This document shows, one piece after another, positions 17,028 through 27,331 of a stretch of 64,000 bases of DNA. The DNA is taken from assembly GCA_965231215.1 (NCBI GenBank), contig OZ246423.1:320001-384000 (forward strand). Reading direction: 5' to 3'. How positions within the stretch are numbered: position 1 is the stretch's first letter; each line of letters opens with the position of its first letter. The notes beneath the pieces are model-generated. The model ran no database searches. It had not been told where the DNA came from and was given only the letters and a program-made list of their open reading frames with translations. The stretch comes from Candidatus Altimarinota bacterium (GTDB taxonomy: Bacteria; Patescibacteriota; Gracilibacteria; UBA4473). The translations under genes and the position numbers were made by a program.

Positions 17028-20000
17028 ATGAACTACCTACTTAAATACCTTCTTGAAAATAGATTTTTAACCGCCTTACTGTTTTTGATTTTATCAGGAA
17101 TGGGAATCTGGGCGATTAAGAATACTCCTGTTGATGCTTTGCCTGATCTATCAGAGAATCAAGTAATTGTGGTTACGCAATGGGCTGGTCAATCACCCCA
17201 AAACATCGAGGATCAGATCACCTATCCACTTACTACAGCTATGCAGTCCTTACCAAAAGTAAGGACAGTACGAAGTAGCTCTATGCTTGGGGTCTCAATG
17301 GTGACGGTTATTTTTGAAGATGACACAGGTATTTATTTTGCTCGTGATCGGGTAAATGAAAAGCTCTCTCAGCTTCAATCAACCTTTCCAGAAGGAGCAA
17401 TGGTGCGACTTGGGCCAGATGCTACAGGACTAGGGCACATCTTGATGTATAAGTTAGAGAATCCTGACATGTCGCTTACGGATTTACGAACACTTCAAGA
17501 CTTTACTGTAAAATTAGAATTAGAGAGCCTAGGAGGGATTTCGGAAGTCGCTTCTATAGGAGGGTATAAAAAACAGTATCAAGTCATTATCGATCCTATC
17601 AAGCTTGAAGATTTTAATCTAAACTTGATGACCGTGGTGAACACTATCAAAGCCAGTAATAATAATGTTTCTGGGAGAGTGCTTGAATATGGAGAACGAG
17701 AAATATCAGTTCAAGGGATTGGTTTTTTTGATTCAGAAGAAGCTCTAAAGGATCTCATAATTGGGAAAAAAACGAGCGGTGAAAGTTTGCTTTTGTCTGA
17801 AGTTGGAACCGTTCGAGTCAGTGGGGCTTCTCGACGAGGAGTCTTAGCCGACAAGGAAACTGAAAAGGTCGGAGGAATTGTGGTCATGCGATATGGAGAA
17901 AATCCGCTAGAGGTTATCAAGCGAGTAAAAACAAAAATAGACCAATTAGAATCAAGTCTCCCTGAAGGGACGTCTATCATACCTTTCTATGATCGAACCG
18001 AGCTCATTAATAGAGCTATCAAGACAATGAGAGATGTTCTGTTGCAGATGCTTCTTATCACGGCAGTTGTTATGTGGCTATTTCTTCGTCATAAAGGAGC
18101 AACTTTCATAACCTCAATGGCACTTGTATTTGGAGTGATGATGACTTTTTTAGTCATGAAGTTGTTTGGAATTCCCTCAAATATTATGTCTCTGGGAGGG
18201 ATCGCTATTGCCATAGGAACGATGGTCGATTCTATCATTGTGGTAACTGAAAATGCGTATCAAAAACTCATCAAAGCAGGAGAAAGTAAAACACAGAATT
18301 TTTCGGAGCGTTTGAAAATTGTTTATGAGGCAACCTCTGAAGTAGCTGTCCCTCTCCTTTTTGCGATCTTGATTATTATGCTCTCTTTTATTCCAATATT
18401 TGCCTTAGAGGGCATGGAAGGAAAGTTATTTAAACCTCTGGCTTTTACGAATATATTTGCCATGCTTGGAGCTCTTGTAGCCTCCTTGATATTTGTGCCG
18501 CTTGGGTGTGCTTACTTCCTGAAAGGCAAACTCTATGAAGATCATAATATTCCAACGGTTTTTTGGTTTCAGAAGTTTTATGAACCTCTTTTAAGTAAAG
18601 CTTTAAAACACCCCAAAAAGACTATTGGGAGTGCCATCATAGCCCTGCTTATTGCTTTAGGGCTTGGGACTCAAATTGGTTCTGAATTTATGCCCCCCCT
18701 AGATGAAGGAGCCATTATGTACATGCCGATGACCGTTCCTGATGTATCAGAACGAAAAGCTACGGAACTGCTGATTGAGACCAATAAAATCTTATCTGAA
18801 TTTCCAGAAGTTGAATCCGTCGTTGGGAAAGCTGGTCGAGCCGATAGTGCAACCGACCCTGCTCCTTTAGCGATGTTAGAAACTTTTATCATGCTCAAAC
18901 CAAAAAGTGAATGGAGATCAGGTATGACCAAGGAAAAACTCATTACTGAGATGAATCGAAAGGTAAATTTTCCTAACCTTTGGAATGGATTTACTCAGCC
19001 GATTATTGGGCGTATCGACATGATATCTACTGGAATTCGAGCTCAAGTAGGAATCAAAGTATTTGGCGATGATGCGAAGAAACTAGAAGACCTTGCGATA
19101 GAAATTGAAGGGATGATGGCTTATGTGCCTGGAGCGGTGGGAACAGTCGCTATTCGAACCTCGGGACTTAAATATCTCAATGTGGATTTAGATGAAGGAA
19201 AACTCGCTTCTTATGGTATACCTAAAAGCCAAGCTCTCAATGCTATCGCTATTGGAACGGGTGGAAAAACAATTACTCAGACCATTCAAGGAAGAGAAAA
19301 GTATGGCATTGAGCTTCGTTTTACTCGTAATCAACGAGCAAAAATCCCAGATATTAAAGGACTTCAACTAAGAGGTATGAACGGTCAAAAAGTAGCCCTC
19401 TCTGAAGTGGCAGATATTCGTGTTGAAGATGGGCCTGCTGTACTTCAGTCAGAAGACGGAAAGCTCCGTTCTGCGGTTCAAATGAATGTGAGTGGACGTG
19501 ATCTCGTTTCTTTTGTTAAAGAGACTGATGAATACTTAAAAGAGAATCTAGAACTTCCTGCTGGCTATACTATAGAGTTTGATGGTCAATATAAAAATCA
19601 GGTTCGAGCCAAAGAGAAATTATCGGTAGTAGTACCGTTAGTAATTCTTATTATATTTGTTCTGCTCTACCTCACCTATGCAGATTTGAAACTCGTTTCA
19701 GTGGTAATGCTCGCTATTCCGCTAAGTCTTATTGGAGGATTATTGGCGTTGTTCTTAGCTCAGTACAATTTCTCAGTGGCAGTTTGGGTTGGTTTCATTG
19801 CTTTATTTGGAAACGCGGTAGAGACAGGCGTGGTAATCGTTCTCTATCTAGATCAGGCCGTGAAGAAAGCTCAGGAAAAATTTCAGACACTTACGCAGTC
19901 TCAAATTGAATCTGCCATCCTTGAAGGAGCGACCAAAAGACTTCGTCCAGTACTTATGACCGCTTTCACATCCATTATCGGGCTTATTCCGATGCTTATT

Positions 20001-20144
20001 TCTACTGGGACAGGTTCAGAAGTTCAAAAGCCATTGGCAATTGTGGTAGTTGGAGGACTTATAACGTCTGTATTTATGACGATGGTGGTAATACCTGTGT
20101 TATTTGGGGTTGTCAGAAGTCGTGATAGAATAATAGTTGATTAG
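17028..20144 (+). CDS. cusA: CusA/SilA-type heavy-metal RND efflux permease
   Basis: DALPDLSENQV, GPDATGLG, AIAIGTMVD, RLRPVLMT; CusA-like Met triad in YMPMT, APLAMLE and RIDMISTG. Confidence 0.92.
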   Translation: MNYLLKYLLENRFLTALLFLILSGMGIWAIKNTPVDALPDLSENQVIVVTQWAGQSPQNIEDQITYPLTTAMQSLPKVRTVRSSSMLGVSMVTVIFEDDTGIYFARDRVNEKLSQLQSTFPEGAMVRLGPDATGLGHILMYKLENPDMSLTDLRTLQDFTVKLELESLGGISEVASIGGYKKQYQVIIDPIKLEDFNLNLMTVVNTIKASNNNVSGRVLEYGEREISVQGIGFFDSEEALKDLIIGKKTSGESLLLSEVGTVRVSGASRRGVLADKETEKVGGIVVMRYGENPLEVIKRVKTKIDQLESSLPEGTSIIPFYDRTELINRAIKTMRDVLLQMLLITAVVMWLFLRHKGATFITSMALVFGVMMTFLVMKLFGIPSNIMSLGGIAIAIGTMVDSIIVVTENAYQKLIKAGESKTQNFSERLKIVYEATSEVAVPLLFAILIIMLSFIPIFALEGMEGKLFKPLAFTNIFAMLGALVASLIFVPLGCAYFLKGKLYEDHNIPTVFWFQKFYEPLLSKALKHPKKTIGSAIIALLIALGLGTQIGSEFMPPLDEGAIMYMPMTVPDVSERKATELLIETNKILSEFPEVESVVGKAGRADSATDPAPLAMLETFIMLKPKSEWRSGMTKEKLITEMNRKVNFPNLWNGFTQPIIGRIDMISTGIRAQVGIKVFGDDAKKLEDLAIEIEGMMAYVPGAVGTVAIRTSGLKYLNVDLDEGKLASYGIPKSQALNAIAIGTGGKTITQTIQGREKYGIELRFTRNQRAKIPDIKGLQLRGMNGQKVALSEVADIRVEDGPAVLQSEDGKLRSAVQMNVSGRDLVSFVKETDEYLKENLELPAGYTIEFDGQYKNQVRAKEKLSVVVPLVILIIFVLLYLTYADLKLVSVVMLAIPLSLIGGLLALFLAQYNFSVAVWVGFIALFGNAVETGVVIVLYLDQAVKKAQEKFQTLTQSQIESAILEGATKRLRPVLMTAFTSIIGLIPMLISTGTGSEVQKPLAIVVVGGLITSVFMTMVVIPVLFGVVRSRDRIIVD

Positions 20145-20162
20145 TACATAATCCAGTTTCAA

Positions 20163-20912
20163 ATGGCCTATGACCATACTAAAACTTTTGAAAATATTAG
20201 TAGAACTGTGGCGAAAGTGAATAAGGACACTATGAAGATGCTTGTATCTCTTCCAGAATTTCAAGATCAAGTAGAAAAGATTCGCAAAAAATACAACATT
20301 CCACCAGACGGCTTAAAAAATAATGAGGAAAGTAAGTCTTGGCATCACGACTACCTCTACGAGTCAGATGAAAGAATCCAAAACTGGCTAAAAGAGGTAA
20401 AAAACATCTGGACCTACTGTAAAAAACTTCAACACGATCCTCGTTATATTCAACATATAGAACGGTACATTCTATTTAACCAAATCACCGCTCCTTTCTG
20501 TAATGGTAATGCTTCTATGGGTTTTCCTGCCTGGCCTAACATGGAAAGACGAGATTTTTCAATTAAGGTCTATCACAAACTTACCAAAGACGAATTAGAT
20601 TTAATTATGCATGATCTAGAAAGGATGATGAATCGCTATGTACCAAGTTCTCAGAAAAAACTAAGACCGAAACCAGAACTTGATAGAGATTTAGCGGTCA
20701 TCGAAAAAACACAAAGAATAGGTGATCTGGTAGTAACTCATGATGGAGCTTACGAATACAACTACAACGATATTGTATCTGAAGTATACGATACTGAGGA
20801 GGGAGACTTAAGCTGTTCAAGTGATAAAAAAAGAAAAGAAAGCCTTCGAAAAAACAAACAAAGGACTGAGAAAGATATAAAAGAGCGGTTGGGTTGGGAC
20901 AGCTCATCGTGA
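20163..20912 (+). CDS. Hypothetical protein, possibly DNA-binding
   Basis: 249-aa ORF with a basic C-terminus at the start of the element core. Confidence 0.55.
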   Translation: MAYDHTKTFENISRTVAKVNKDTMKMLVSLPEFQDQVEKIRKKYNIPPDGLKNNEESKSWHHDYLYESDERIQNWLKEVKNIWTYCKKLQHDPRYIQHIERYILFNQITAPFCNGNASMGFPAWPNMERRDFSIKVYHKLTKDELDLIMHDLERMMNRYVPSSQKKLRPKPELDRDLAVIEKTQRIGDLVVTHDGAYEYNYNDIVSEVYDTEEGDLSCSSDKKRKESLRKNKQRTEKDIKERLGWDSSS

Positions 20913-20978
20913 TTATTATGTCCCAGAGGAAGAAGAAGTGAGGCCTATCATGAGTCCATATTTTGTAATTCTCACAAT

Positions 20979-22274
20979 ATGGCTCAAGCAAAATCTACCT
21001 CAAACCAACTTAAAGTTTGCTACATTTTACCAAACTTACTCAATCCAGCTCCCTATAATCCGAGGAAATGGGATACTGGGGCTACCAAGCAACTGACAGA
21101 AAGTATACAACGTTTTGGCCTGATTGATCCCATTATTGTAAACGGAGCTAAAGACCGAAAGAATATTGTAATTGGTGGTCACTTCCGACTCAAAATTGCC
21201 AAAGATCTAGGCTATAAAGAAGTGCCAGTGGTGTATCTCAACATTCCTGATATCAAAAAAGAGCAGGAATTAAATCTACGTTTGAACCGAAATACAGGTG
21301 ACTGGGATTTTGAAATTCTCAAAGATTTCGATCTCGACTTACTGCTTGATGTAGGGTTTGATGATTCGGATCTATCAGCTATTTGGGACGAAGCTTTGGG
21401 AGTCGAAGATGATGCATTTAAAACTCGCGAAGAGCTAAAAAGCATAGAGGATCCAGAGTCTAAAGAAGGTGATGTATTTCAGCTCGGAAGCCATCGCCTG
21501 GTTTGTGGAGATTCTACCGACCCTAAAGTAGTGCAAAAACTTTTGGGCAATACCAAGATCAACATGATCTACTCTGATCCACCCTATAATATTGGATTTG
21601 ACTATGCTAAAGGCATTGGAACAGAAGGGAAATACCAGGGGAAAAAGACGAATGACAGTAAAAGCCAAGCTGAGTATCGTGCCTTTTTAGAAAACACTCT
21701 ACGAAATGGACTAAAGCATTGCACCCCTGATACTCATATTTTTTATTGGTGTGATCAAAATTATATCGGACTGTTGCAAGATCTTTATCAACATAACGGC
21801 ATCGATAACAAGAGGGTTTGTTTGTGGATCAAGAATAACCAAAACGCCACACCTCAAATTGCTTTCAATAAATGCTATGAGCCGTGCGTGTATGGGATCC
21901 GAGGCAAGCCCTTCTTGTCTCCTAAATCCTCTAACCTCACAGAGATTGCAAATCCAGAAATTGAAAACGGCAACCGCACCATTGATGACATTCTTGACCT
22001 ACTCGACATCTGGCTTGTTAAAAGACTCCCAACCAACGAATACCAACACGCCACCGAAAAACCAGTCGTTTTGCATGACCGCCCTTTAAGGCGATGCACC
22101 AAACCAGGCGACACGGTGCTTGATCTATTTGGAGGTTCAGGATCGACTCTAATCGCCTGCGAACAACTGGGCAGAAAAGCCTTTTTAGTCGAACACGAAC
22201 CTGCCTTTTGTGATCTCATCATCAAACGCTACCTAGCTCTTAACCCACAAAACCATGCCAAAAAAATCAATTAA
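20979..22274 (+). CDS. ParB-like domain fused to a beta-class N6/N4 DNA methyltransferase
   Basis: YNPRK..SIQRFG..IGGHFR; SDPPY precedes HATEKP and DLFGGSGST. Confidence 0.9.
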   Translation: MAQAKSTSNQLKVCYILPNLLNPAPYNPRKWDTGATKQLTESIQRFGLIDPIIVNGAKDRKNIVIGGHFRLKIAKDLGYKEVPVVYLNIPDIKKEQELNLRLNRNTGDWDFEILKDFDLDLLLDVGFDDSDLSAIWDEALGVEDDAFKTREELKSIEDPESKEGDVFQLGSHRLVCGDSTDPKVVQKLLGNTKINMIYSDPPYNIGFDYAKGIGTEGKYQGKKTNDSKSQAEYRAFLENTLRNGLKHCTPDTHIFYWCDQNYIGLLQDLYQHNGIDNKRVCLWIKNNQNATPQIAFNKCYEPCVYGIRGKPFLSPKSSNLTEIANPEIENGNRTIDDILDLLDIWLVKRLPTNEYQHATEKPVVLHDRPLRRCTKPGDTVLDLFGGSGSTLIACEQLGRKAFLVEHEPAFCDLIIKRYLALNPQNHAKKIN

Positions 22275-23025
22275 TCTTGGAGATGTATTTCAACTTGGTG
22301 AACATCGACTTATTTGTGGAGATGCCACGAATCCAGAGCACGTCCAGGAACTCTTAGAAAATGACCGAGTGAAACTCATTCTGACTGATGTGCCGTATGG
22401 AGTAGCTTTAGTCGAGGGAAAGAAAGAATTTTCTAAGTCTAAGGTCAAGCATGAGCCTATTGCGAATGATCATTTGCAGTCCGATAATGATTTTAAGCAA
22501 TTCACTACAAACTGGCTTGATCCCGTTAAAGATAAACTCACCGACAAAAACACATTCTACATTTTCAACTCGGACAAGATGATGTTTCCGATGCGAGAAG
22601 CCTTGCTTGAAGCAGGGTTTAAGTTTTCGCAGTTACTAGTATGGGCAAAAACAGGAGCCGTTATTGGCAGGCTGGATTATTTACCTCAACACGAATTGAT
22701 TGCCTACGGCTGGCGTGGTCGTCACGAGTTTTTAAAATCCAAGGATAAATCCATTTTGGTGAGTCCAAAAACAAAGAAAAATACGCTTCATCCGACCATG
22801 AAGCCTGTATCAATTCTGAGAAAACTGATTCTCAATAGCTCTCGTAGAGAAGATATCGTTTACGACCCATTTGGGGGTAGTGGCTCAACCCTGATGGCTT
22901 GCGAGCAAACTCGCAGGAAGTGTTTGATGATCGAAATCGAACCAATGTATTGCCAAGTGATTATTGATCGCTGGGAAAAACTTACAGGCAAAAAAGCCGT
23001 ACTTCTTAACTCTAAAAAATCATGA
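22255..23025 (+). CDS. Second beta-class DNA methyltransferase (DVPY variant)
   Basis: HRLICGDAT, TDVPY, HPTMKP, DPFGGSGST. Confidence 0.88.
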   Translation: MPKKSINLGDVFQLGEHRLICGDATNPEHVQELLENDRVKLILTDVPYGVALVEGKKEFSKSKVKHEPIANDHLQSDNDFKQFTTNWLDPVKDKLTDKNTFYIFNSDKMMFPMREALLEAGFKFSQLLVWAKTGAVIGRLDYLPQHELIAYGWRGRHEFLKSKDKSILVSPKTKKNTLHPTMKPVSILRKLILNSSRREDIVYDPFGGSGSTLMACEQTRRKCLMIEIEPMYCQVIIDRWEKLTGKKAVLLNSKKS

Positions 23026-23435
23026 CTATTAACGAGCGACAACAGCAACAAAAAGAGGTTCTCTGTGAGCAACTGAGAAAAACACCGATTGTACAGGTCA
23101 CCTGTGAGAAAATCGGTATTGGGCGAGCCACGTACTACCGCTGGAGAAAAGACGACAAGGTTTTTGCAAAGAAGGCCGATGAGGCTTTAAGTGAAGGGGT
23201 TCATCTGATGAACGACATGGCTGAATCGCAACTGTTGTCAGCTATAAAATCTCAGAATTTAACCGCCATTATTTTCTGGCTAAAACATCGCCACAAGTCT
23301 TATACACAGAAGTTTGAAGTTACGACTCGCCTGGAAAACCCTGAACTAACCGAAGAACAGCAGGCTATGGTACAAAAAGCCCTAACTTTAGGGTCTTTAG
23401 CCCCCTCTAAAAATTCCCCTAAAAAGAAAAAATGA
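23022..23435 (+). CDS. HTH protein, putative terminase small subunit
   Basis: CEKIGIGRATYYRW, AESQLL, AIIFWLK; ATGA-coupled to the terminase large subunit. Confidence 0.7.
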   Translation: MTINERQQQQKEVLCEQLRKTPIVQVTCEKIGIGRATYYRWRKDDKVFAKKADEALSEGVHLMNDMAESQLLSAIKSQNLTAIIFWLKHRHKSYTQKFEVTTRLENPELTEEQQAMVQKALTLGSLAPSKNSPKKKK

Positions 23436-24928
23436 CTGAAATCATCCCAGCTATCGAAGAAAACATGGTACATCAAGTCCTTACCGACCAGCAAGTTAGA
23501 CAGGAGGTCACCAGTCAAAGCCATTATTGGTTTTTTCACACTTACTTTCACCACTATATCACTCACAAAACCGCTGATTTTCAGCGAGATATTTTTAGGC
23601 TAACCGAAGATGAAAAAGTAAAAAACATAGTCATCATTGCTTTTCGAGGATCGGGTAAATCTACGATTGTAAATCTTTCGTATCCTCTGTGGGCTATTCT
23701 GGGTGCACAGAAGAAAAAATTTGTATTACTGGTTGGGCAAACCCAGCACCAAGCGCGACAACACCTCAAAAATATTAAGCGGGAAATGGAATCTAACGAT
23801 TTGCTCCGCAAAGATCTCGGGCCATTCAAAGAAGACGATGAGTGGAGTACGTCTTCACTACTCATTCCAAAACACGATGCTCGAATTATGGCCGTTTCTA
23901 TGGAGCAAAGTGTGCGAGGGATTCGTCATAACCAGTACCGACCAGACCTGATTATTTGTGACGACATTGAAGATCTATCCTCGGTCAAAACACTTGAAGG
24001 CAGAAACAAAACCTTCGATTGGCTTACCAGCGAAGTAATCCCCGCTGGCGATCAAAGTACTCGACTGGTAATGATTGGGAATCTTCTTCATGAAGACTCA
24101 GTCATTATGCGGATGAAAGAAAAAATCAGAAAACGAGAGATGAGTGGCAAATACAAAGCTTACCCAGTAGTTCGTAATAAAAAGTCTCTGTGGCCTGGAA
24201 AGTATAAGAATATGCAGGCCATAAAAACTGAAGAAAAAAGAGTTGGAAACGATATCGCTTGGCAAAGAGAATTTATGCTGCGTATTGTTCCTGATGATGG
24301 ACAAGTAGTACATAAAGACTGGATTCAGTACTATGACGAATTACCCAAGCCTAATGGTGCTGATCCTGATCAAGGGGGCATCTCTTTCCGCTACTGTGCC
24401 ATTGGGGTCGATCTAGCTATTTCTGCCAAACAAACAGCGGATTATACGGCTTTTGTGCCTGCCATGGTTTACTTAATTGGTTTTGATGCCTACGTTTATA
24501 TTTTACCTGAAATAGTAAATCGCCGGATGGATTTTAGTACTTCTCAGGAAACCCTCAAAGCCTTAGCTCAAACGATTCATGACAGTCCTAAAAGCGTGAA
24601 AATGTACATCGAGGGAGTTGGGTATCAACAAGCCTTTATACAGGAAGTAAAAAATCAGGGCTATAAGACGGTAGATGTACAACCCCGAGGTGATAAACGG
24701 TCTCGATTGTCAGCTTCAAGTCACTATATAAAAACAGGGAAGGTACTGTTTCCAAAACAAGGTTGTGAGCGACTGATTGAGCAGATGACGGGGTTTGGAG
24801 TAGAAAAGCACGATGATATTGTCGATGCTTTTACCACCATTTTAAATGAAGTTATGAAAGATCCCCCTCGTCGGCATTTCATGGCTTTCTTTGGTGGTGA
24901 TGGAGACGATTCAATTCACTGGTTTTAG
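23432..24928 (+). CDS. terL: Phage terminase large subunit
   Basis: AFRGSGKST Walker A, LIICDDIED Walker B, nuclease motifs GVDLA, YIEG, HDDIVDA. Confidence 0.88.
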   Translation: MTEIIPAIEENMVHQVLTDQQVRQEVTSQSHYWFFHTYFHHYITHKTADFQRDIFRLTEDEKVKNIVIIAFRGSGKSTIVNLSYPLWAILGAQKKKFVLLVGQTQHQARQHLKNIKREMESNDLLRKDLGPFKEDDEWSTSSLLIPKHDARIMAVSMEQSVRGIRHNQYRPDLIICDDIEDLSSVKTLEGRNKTFDWLTSEVIPAGDQSTRLVMIGNLLHEDSVIMRMKEKIRKREMSGKYKAYPVVRNKKSLWPGKYKNMQAIKTEEKRVGNDIAWQREFMLRIVPDDGQVVHKDWIQYYDELPKPNGADPDQGGISFRYCAIGVDLAISAKQTADYTAFVPAMVYLIGFDAYVYILPEIVNRRMDFSTSQETLKALAQTIHDSPKSVKMYIEGVGYQQAFIQEVKNQGYKTVDVQPRGDKRSRLSASSHYIKTGKVLFPKQGCERLIEQMTGFGVEKHDDIVDAFTTILNEVMKDPPRRHFMAFFGGDGDDSIHWF

Positions 24929-24973
24929 ATAAAAAAGACCTAGACTATAAGTTTTATCCCGGCATCAATTAGG

Positions 24974-26260
24974 TTGATGAAAGAAAACGAGGCGCTACAA
25001 GAACCACTCAAATACTGTTTATACGCTCGAAAGTCGAGTGAAGCAGACGAAAGGCAAGCCCTGTCTATTGATTCTCAGGTCAGTGAGATGCTCAAGCTGG
25101 CAAAAAACGAAGGCATAGAAATTGTTGAAACCCTTCGAGAGAGTAAATCAGCTAAAAGTTCGGGGCAAAGGGTGGTTTATAACCAATTATTGAGTGGTAT
25201 TCGAGAACAACGCTTCAACGCTATTCTTACCTGGGCACCAGACCGACTTAGCCGTAATGCAGGAGATCTTGGATCAATTGTGGATCTAATGGATCAAAAA
25301 ATGCTGGTGCAAATTCGTACCCACGGACAAACCTTCACTGATAATCCCAATGAGAAGTTCTTGCTCATGATCCTCTGTTCTCAAGCCAAACTGGAGAACG
25401 ATAACCGAGCTAAAAACGTCAAACGAGGCCTCCGTAGAAAATGCGAAATGGGAGTCAGACCTGGGTGTGTACCGCTCGGGTATGAACTCATTCGAGGAAA
25501 GACGTTCCGAGATGCCAGTACCATCGAAGTTGACCCTATTCGTGGACCGCTCATACAAAAAATGTTCCGCTGGGTCGCAGAGGACGGTTTAAGCGGTCGT
25601 CAAGTATGGGAGTACATGAAGGAAGAGGGATTTAAGACTAAAAACGGTAAAACCGTAACGCTCAGCATGATTTTTCGAATTTTGGCCGATCCGTTTTACT
25701 ACGGATCTTTTGAATACCCCAAGGGTAGTGGTAATTGGTACGAAGGCACACACAAAAAACTGATCGATAAAGAAACCTACGACATCGTGCGAAGCAAAAT
25801 GAAAGTTTCCCCAAAAGGAAAATGGGGGCGAAAAGATTTTTTCTTCAACAAAGTTTTCAAATGTGGGTCTTGTGGTTCAGGGATATCGGGCGAACAAAAA
25901 CTAAACCGACATGGAAAACACTATGTGTACTACCGTTGTAACCGTTTTAGTGGAAAGAACAGCTGTAAAGAGAAGTATGTTCGGGAAGAAACAATCATTG
26001 AGTCTCTAGCAGACATTTGCGTGACGGTTCAGGAGCAAAATCAAAGATTAGAGAAGAAATTGAGAGGAGAGGTGGAACGGTTCAATGATATGCAGAGAAT
26101 GATGAGTGGAGACAATGCCAAGCTGATGACTACGAAAGACTATGTGCAGTATGTACTAAAAAATGGAAACGGTAGTGAGAAAGGTAAGATCATAAAAGAA
26201 CTTTCTGAAAATCTATTACTCCAAAATGGAACCGTAGTTATGGGTAAATTTAGGGCATAG
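24974..26260 (+). CDS. Large serine recombinase
   Basis: YARKSS catalytic Ser, PDRLSRN, recombinase domain, Zn ribbon CGSC..C..C. Confidence 0.92.
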   Translation: MMKENEALQEPLKYCLYARKSSEADERQALSIDSQVSEMLKLAKNEGIEIVETLRESKSAKSSGQRVVYNQLLSGIREQRFNAILTWAPDRLSRNAGDLGSIVDLMDQKMLVQIRTHGQTFTDNPNEKFLLMILCSQAKLENDNRAKNVKRGLRRKCEMGVRPGCVPLGYELIRGKTFRDASTIEVDPIRGPLIQKMFRWVAEDGLSGRQVWEYMKEEGFKTKNGKTVTLSMIFRILADPFYYGSFEYPKGSGNWYEGTHKKLIDKETYDIVRSKMKVSPKGKWGRKDFFFNKVFKCGSCGSGISGEQKLNRHGKHYVYYRCNRFSGKNSCKEKYVREETIIESLADICVTVQEQNQRLEKKLRGEVERFNDMQRMMSGDNAKLMTTKDYVQYVLKNGNGSEKGKIIKELSENLLLQNGTVVMGKFRA

Positions 26261-26305
26261 TAAAAAATGGTTTTTCTGCTATAAATAGATAAAGATCCAT
26301 ATTGA

Positions 26306-27331
26306 ATGTCCAGTAATAAAATTTCACCTGAATTTTCAAAATTTCTCTTAGATTTAAGAGAAATTTTGAACCGCGTAGATGCAGAATCAGAAGAAAGTGC
26401 ATTGCCAGTGTCAGAAAAAGAGGCGTTCAAAGAAAATCTGCTAGATGAATATTTAGGACAATTTATAGAAAGTATCTATTTTAGAGGGGAAATATGGCTT
26501 TTTAAAGGAAAAGAAGGATTACTCAGGGATCTTAAGTCAAAAGTCGCTGAATTTTTTAAAACAGACGTTGAAAATATTTATATTGTAGGGTCTGCTAAAA
26601 CTGGCTTCAGCATAACAAAAACCAAAGATTTCAGAGAAGGCATAGAAGGCGTGAAAAATTCGGATATTGATATTGCAATTGTAGACACTAAATGCTTCGA
26701 AAGTTACCATCAGCAGATTGGGAGCTTTCATTCTGATTATATGGAACGTCCTATGCTGTCAGGTAGAGACAATGAGAAACTACAAAAAAGCAAAAACTAC
26801 TTAACAGAGGGCTGGATAAGACCAGATCTTCTTTTTCCAAAAGAACTCCAACAAGAGTGGATGAATTTCTTTGATTCTATATCGGATGGAAGGCTTAATT
26901 CTGATCTTAACTATAGAATCAATGGAGGTTTGTACCTTAACCAATCATGTTTTGCACGATTTTGTAGAAAGAGTCTGAAGCAAAAACTAGAAGATCTAAT
27001 AAAACTTGCTAAACAAGTAGAAAATGACCCACTAAGTAATGACTTAACACCTCTAGAACCAGCATTTAAAGCATTTTTGTATTTAATGTGTCCTTTTGAT
27101 CGGGGAGATGAAAAATTAGTACATAATCTTGTCGAAATGATGGATATAACTCTTGATGAGTTTGAACTCTTGAAAGAGAAATTCATCGCTGATGGACTGC
27201 TAAAAGCTATTGGAAATCAGATTTACTTTGAGGATGAACGTATTGGTAAAGAAGCTGTTAATTATCTCATAAATCAAGAAAAAACTGATCCTGCTCAAAT
27301 AATTGAACTTTCTAATATTTACGAACAATGA
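26306..27331 (+). CDS. Pol-beta-superfamily nucleotidyltransferase with C-terminal winged-helix-like domain
   Basis: YIVGSAKTGFS..SDIDIAIV (GS + DxD), GWIRPD; C-terminal LVEMMDITLDEFELLKEKFIADGLLKAIGNQIYF is wHTH-like. Confidence 0.7.
   Translation: MSSNKISPEFSKFLLDLREILNRVDAESEESALPVSEKEAFKENLLDEYLGQFIESIYFRGEIWLFKGKEGLLRDLKSKVAEFFKTDVENIYIVGSAKTGFSITKTKDFREGIEGVKNSDIDIAIVDTKCFESYHQQIGSFHSDYMERPMLSGRDNEKLQKSKNYLTEGWIRPDLLFPKELQQEWMNFFDSISDGRLNSDLNYRINGGLYLNQSCFARFCRKSLKQKLEDLIKLAKQVENDPLSNDLTPLEPAFKAFLYLMCPFDRGDEKLVHNLVEMMDITLDEFELLKEKFIADGLLKAIGNQIYFEDERIGKEAVNYLINQEKTDPAQIIELSNIYEQ

Noticed and set aside
20163-26260. Intact prophage
   Set aside because: No portal, capsid, tail or lysis genes.
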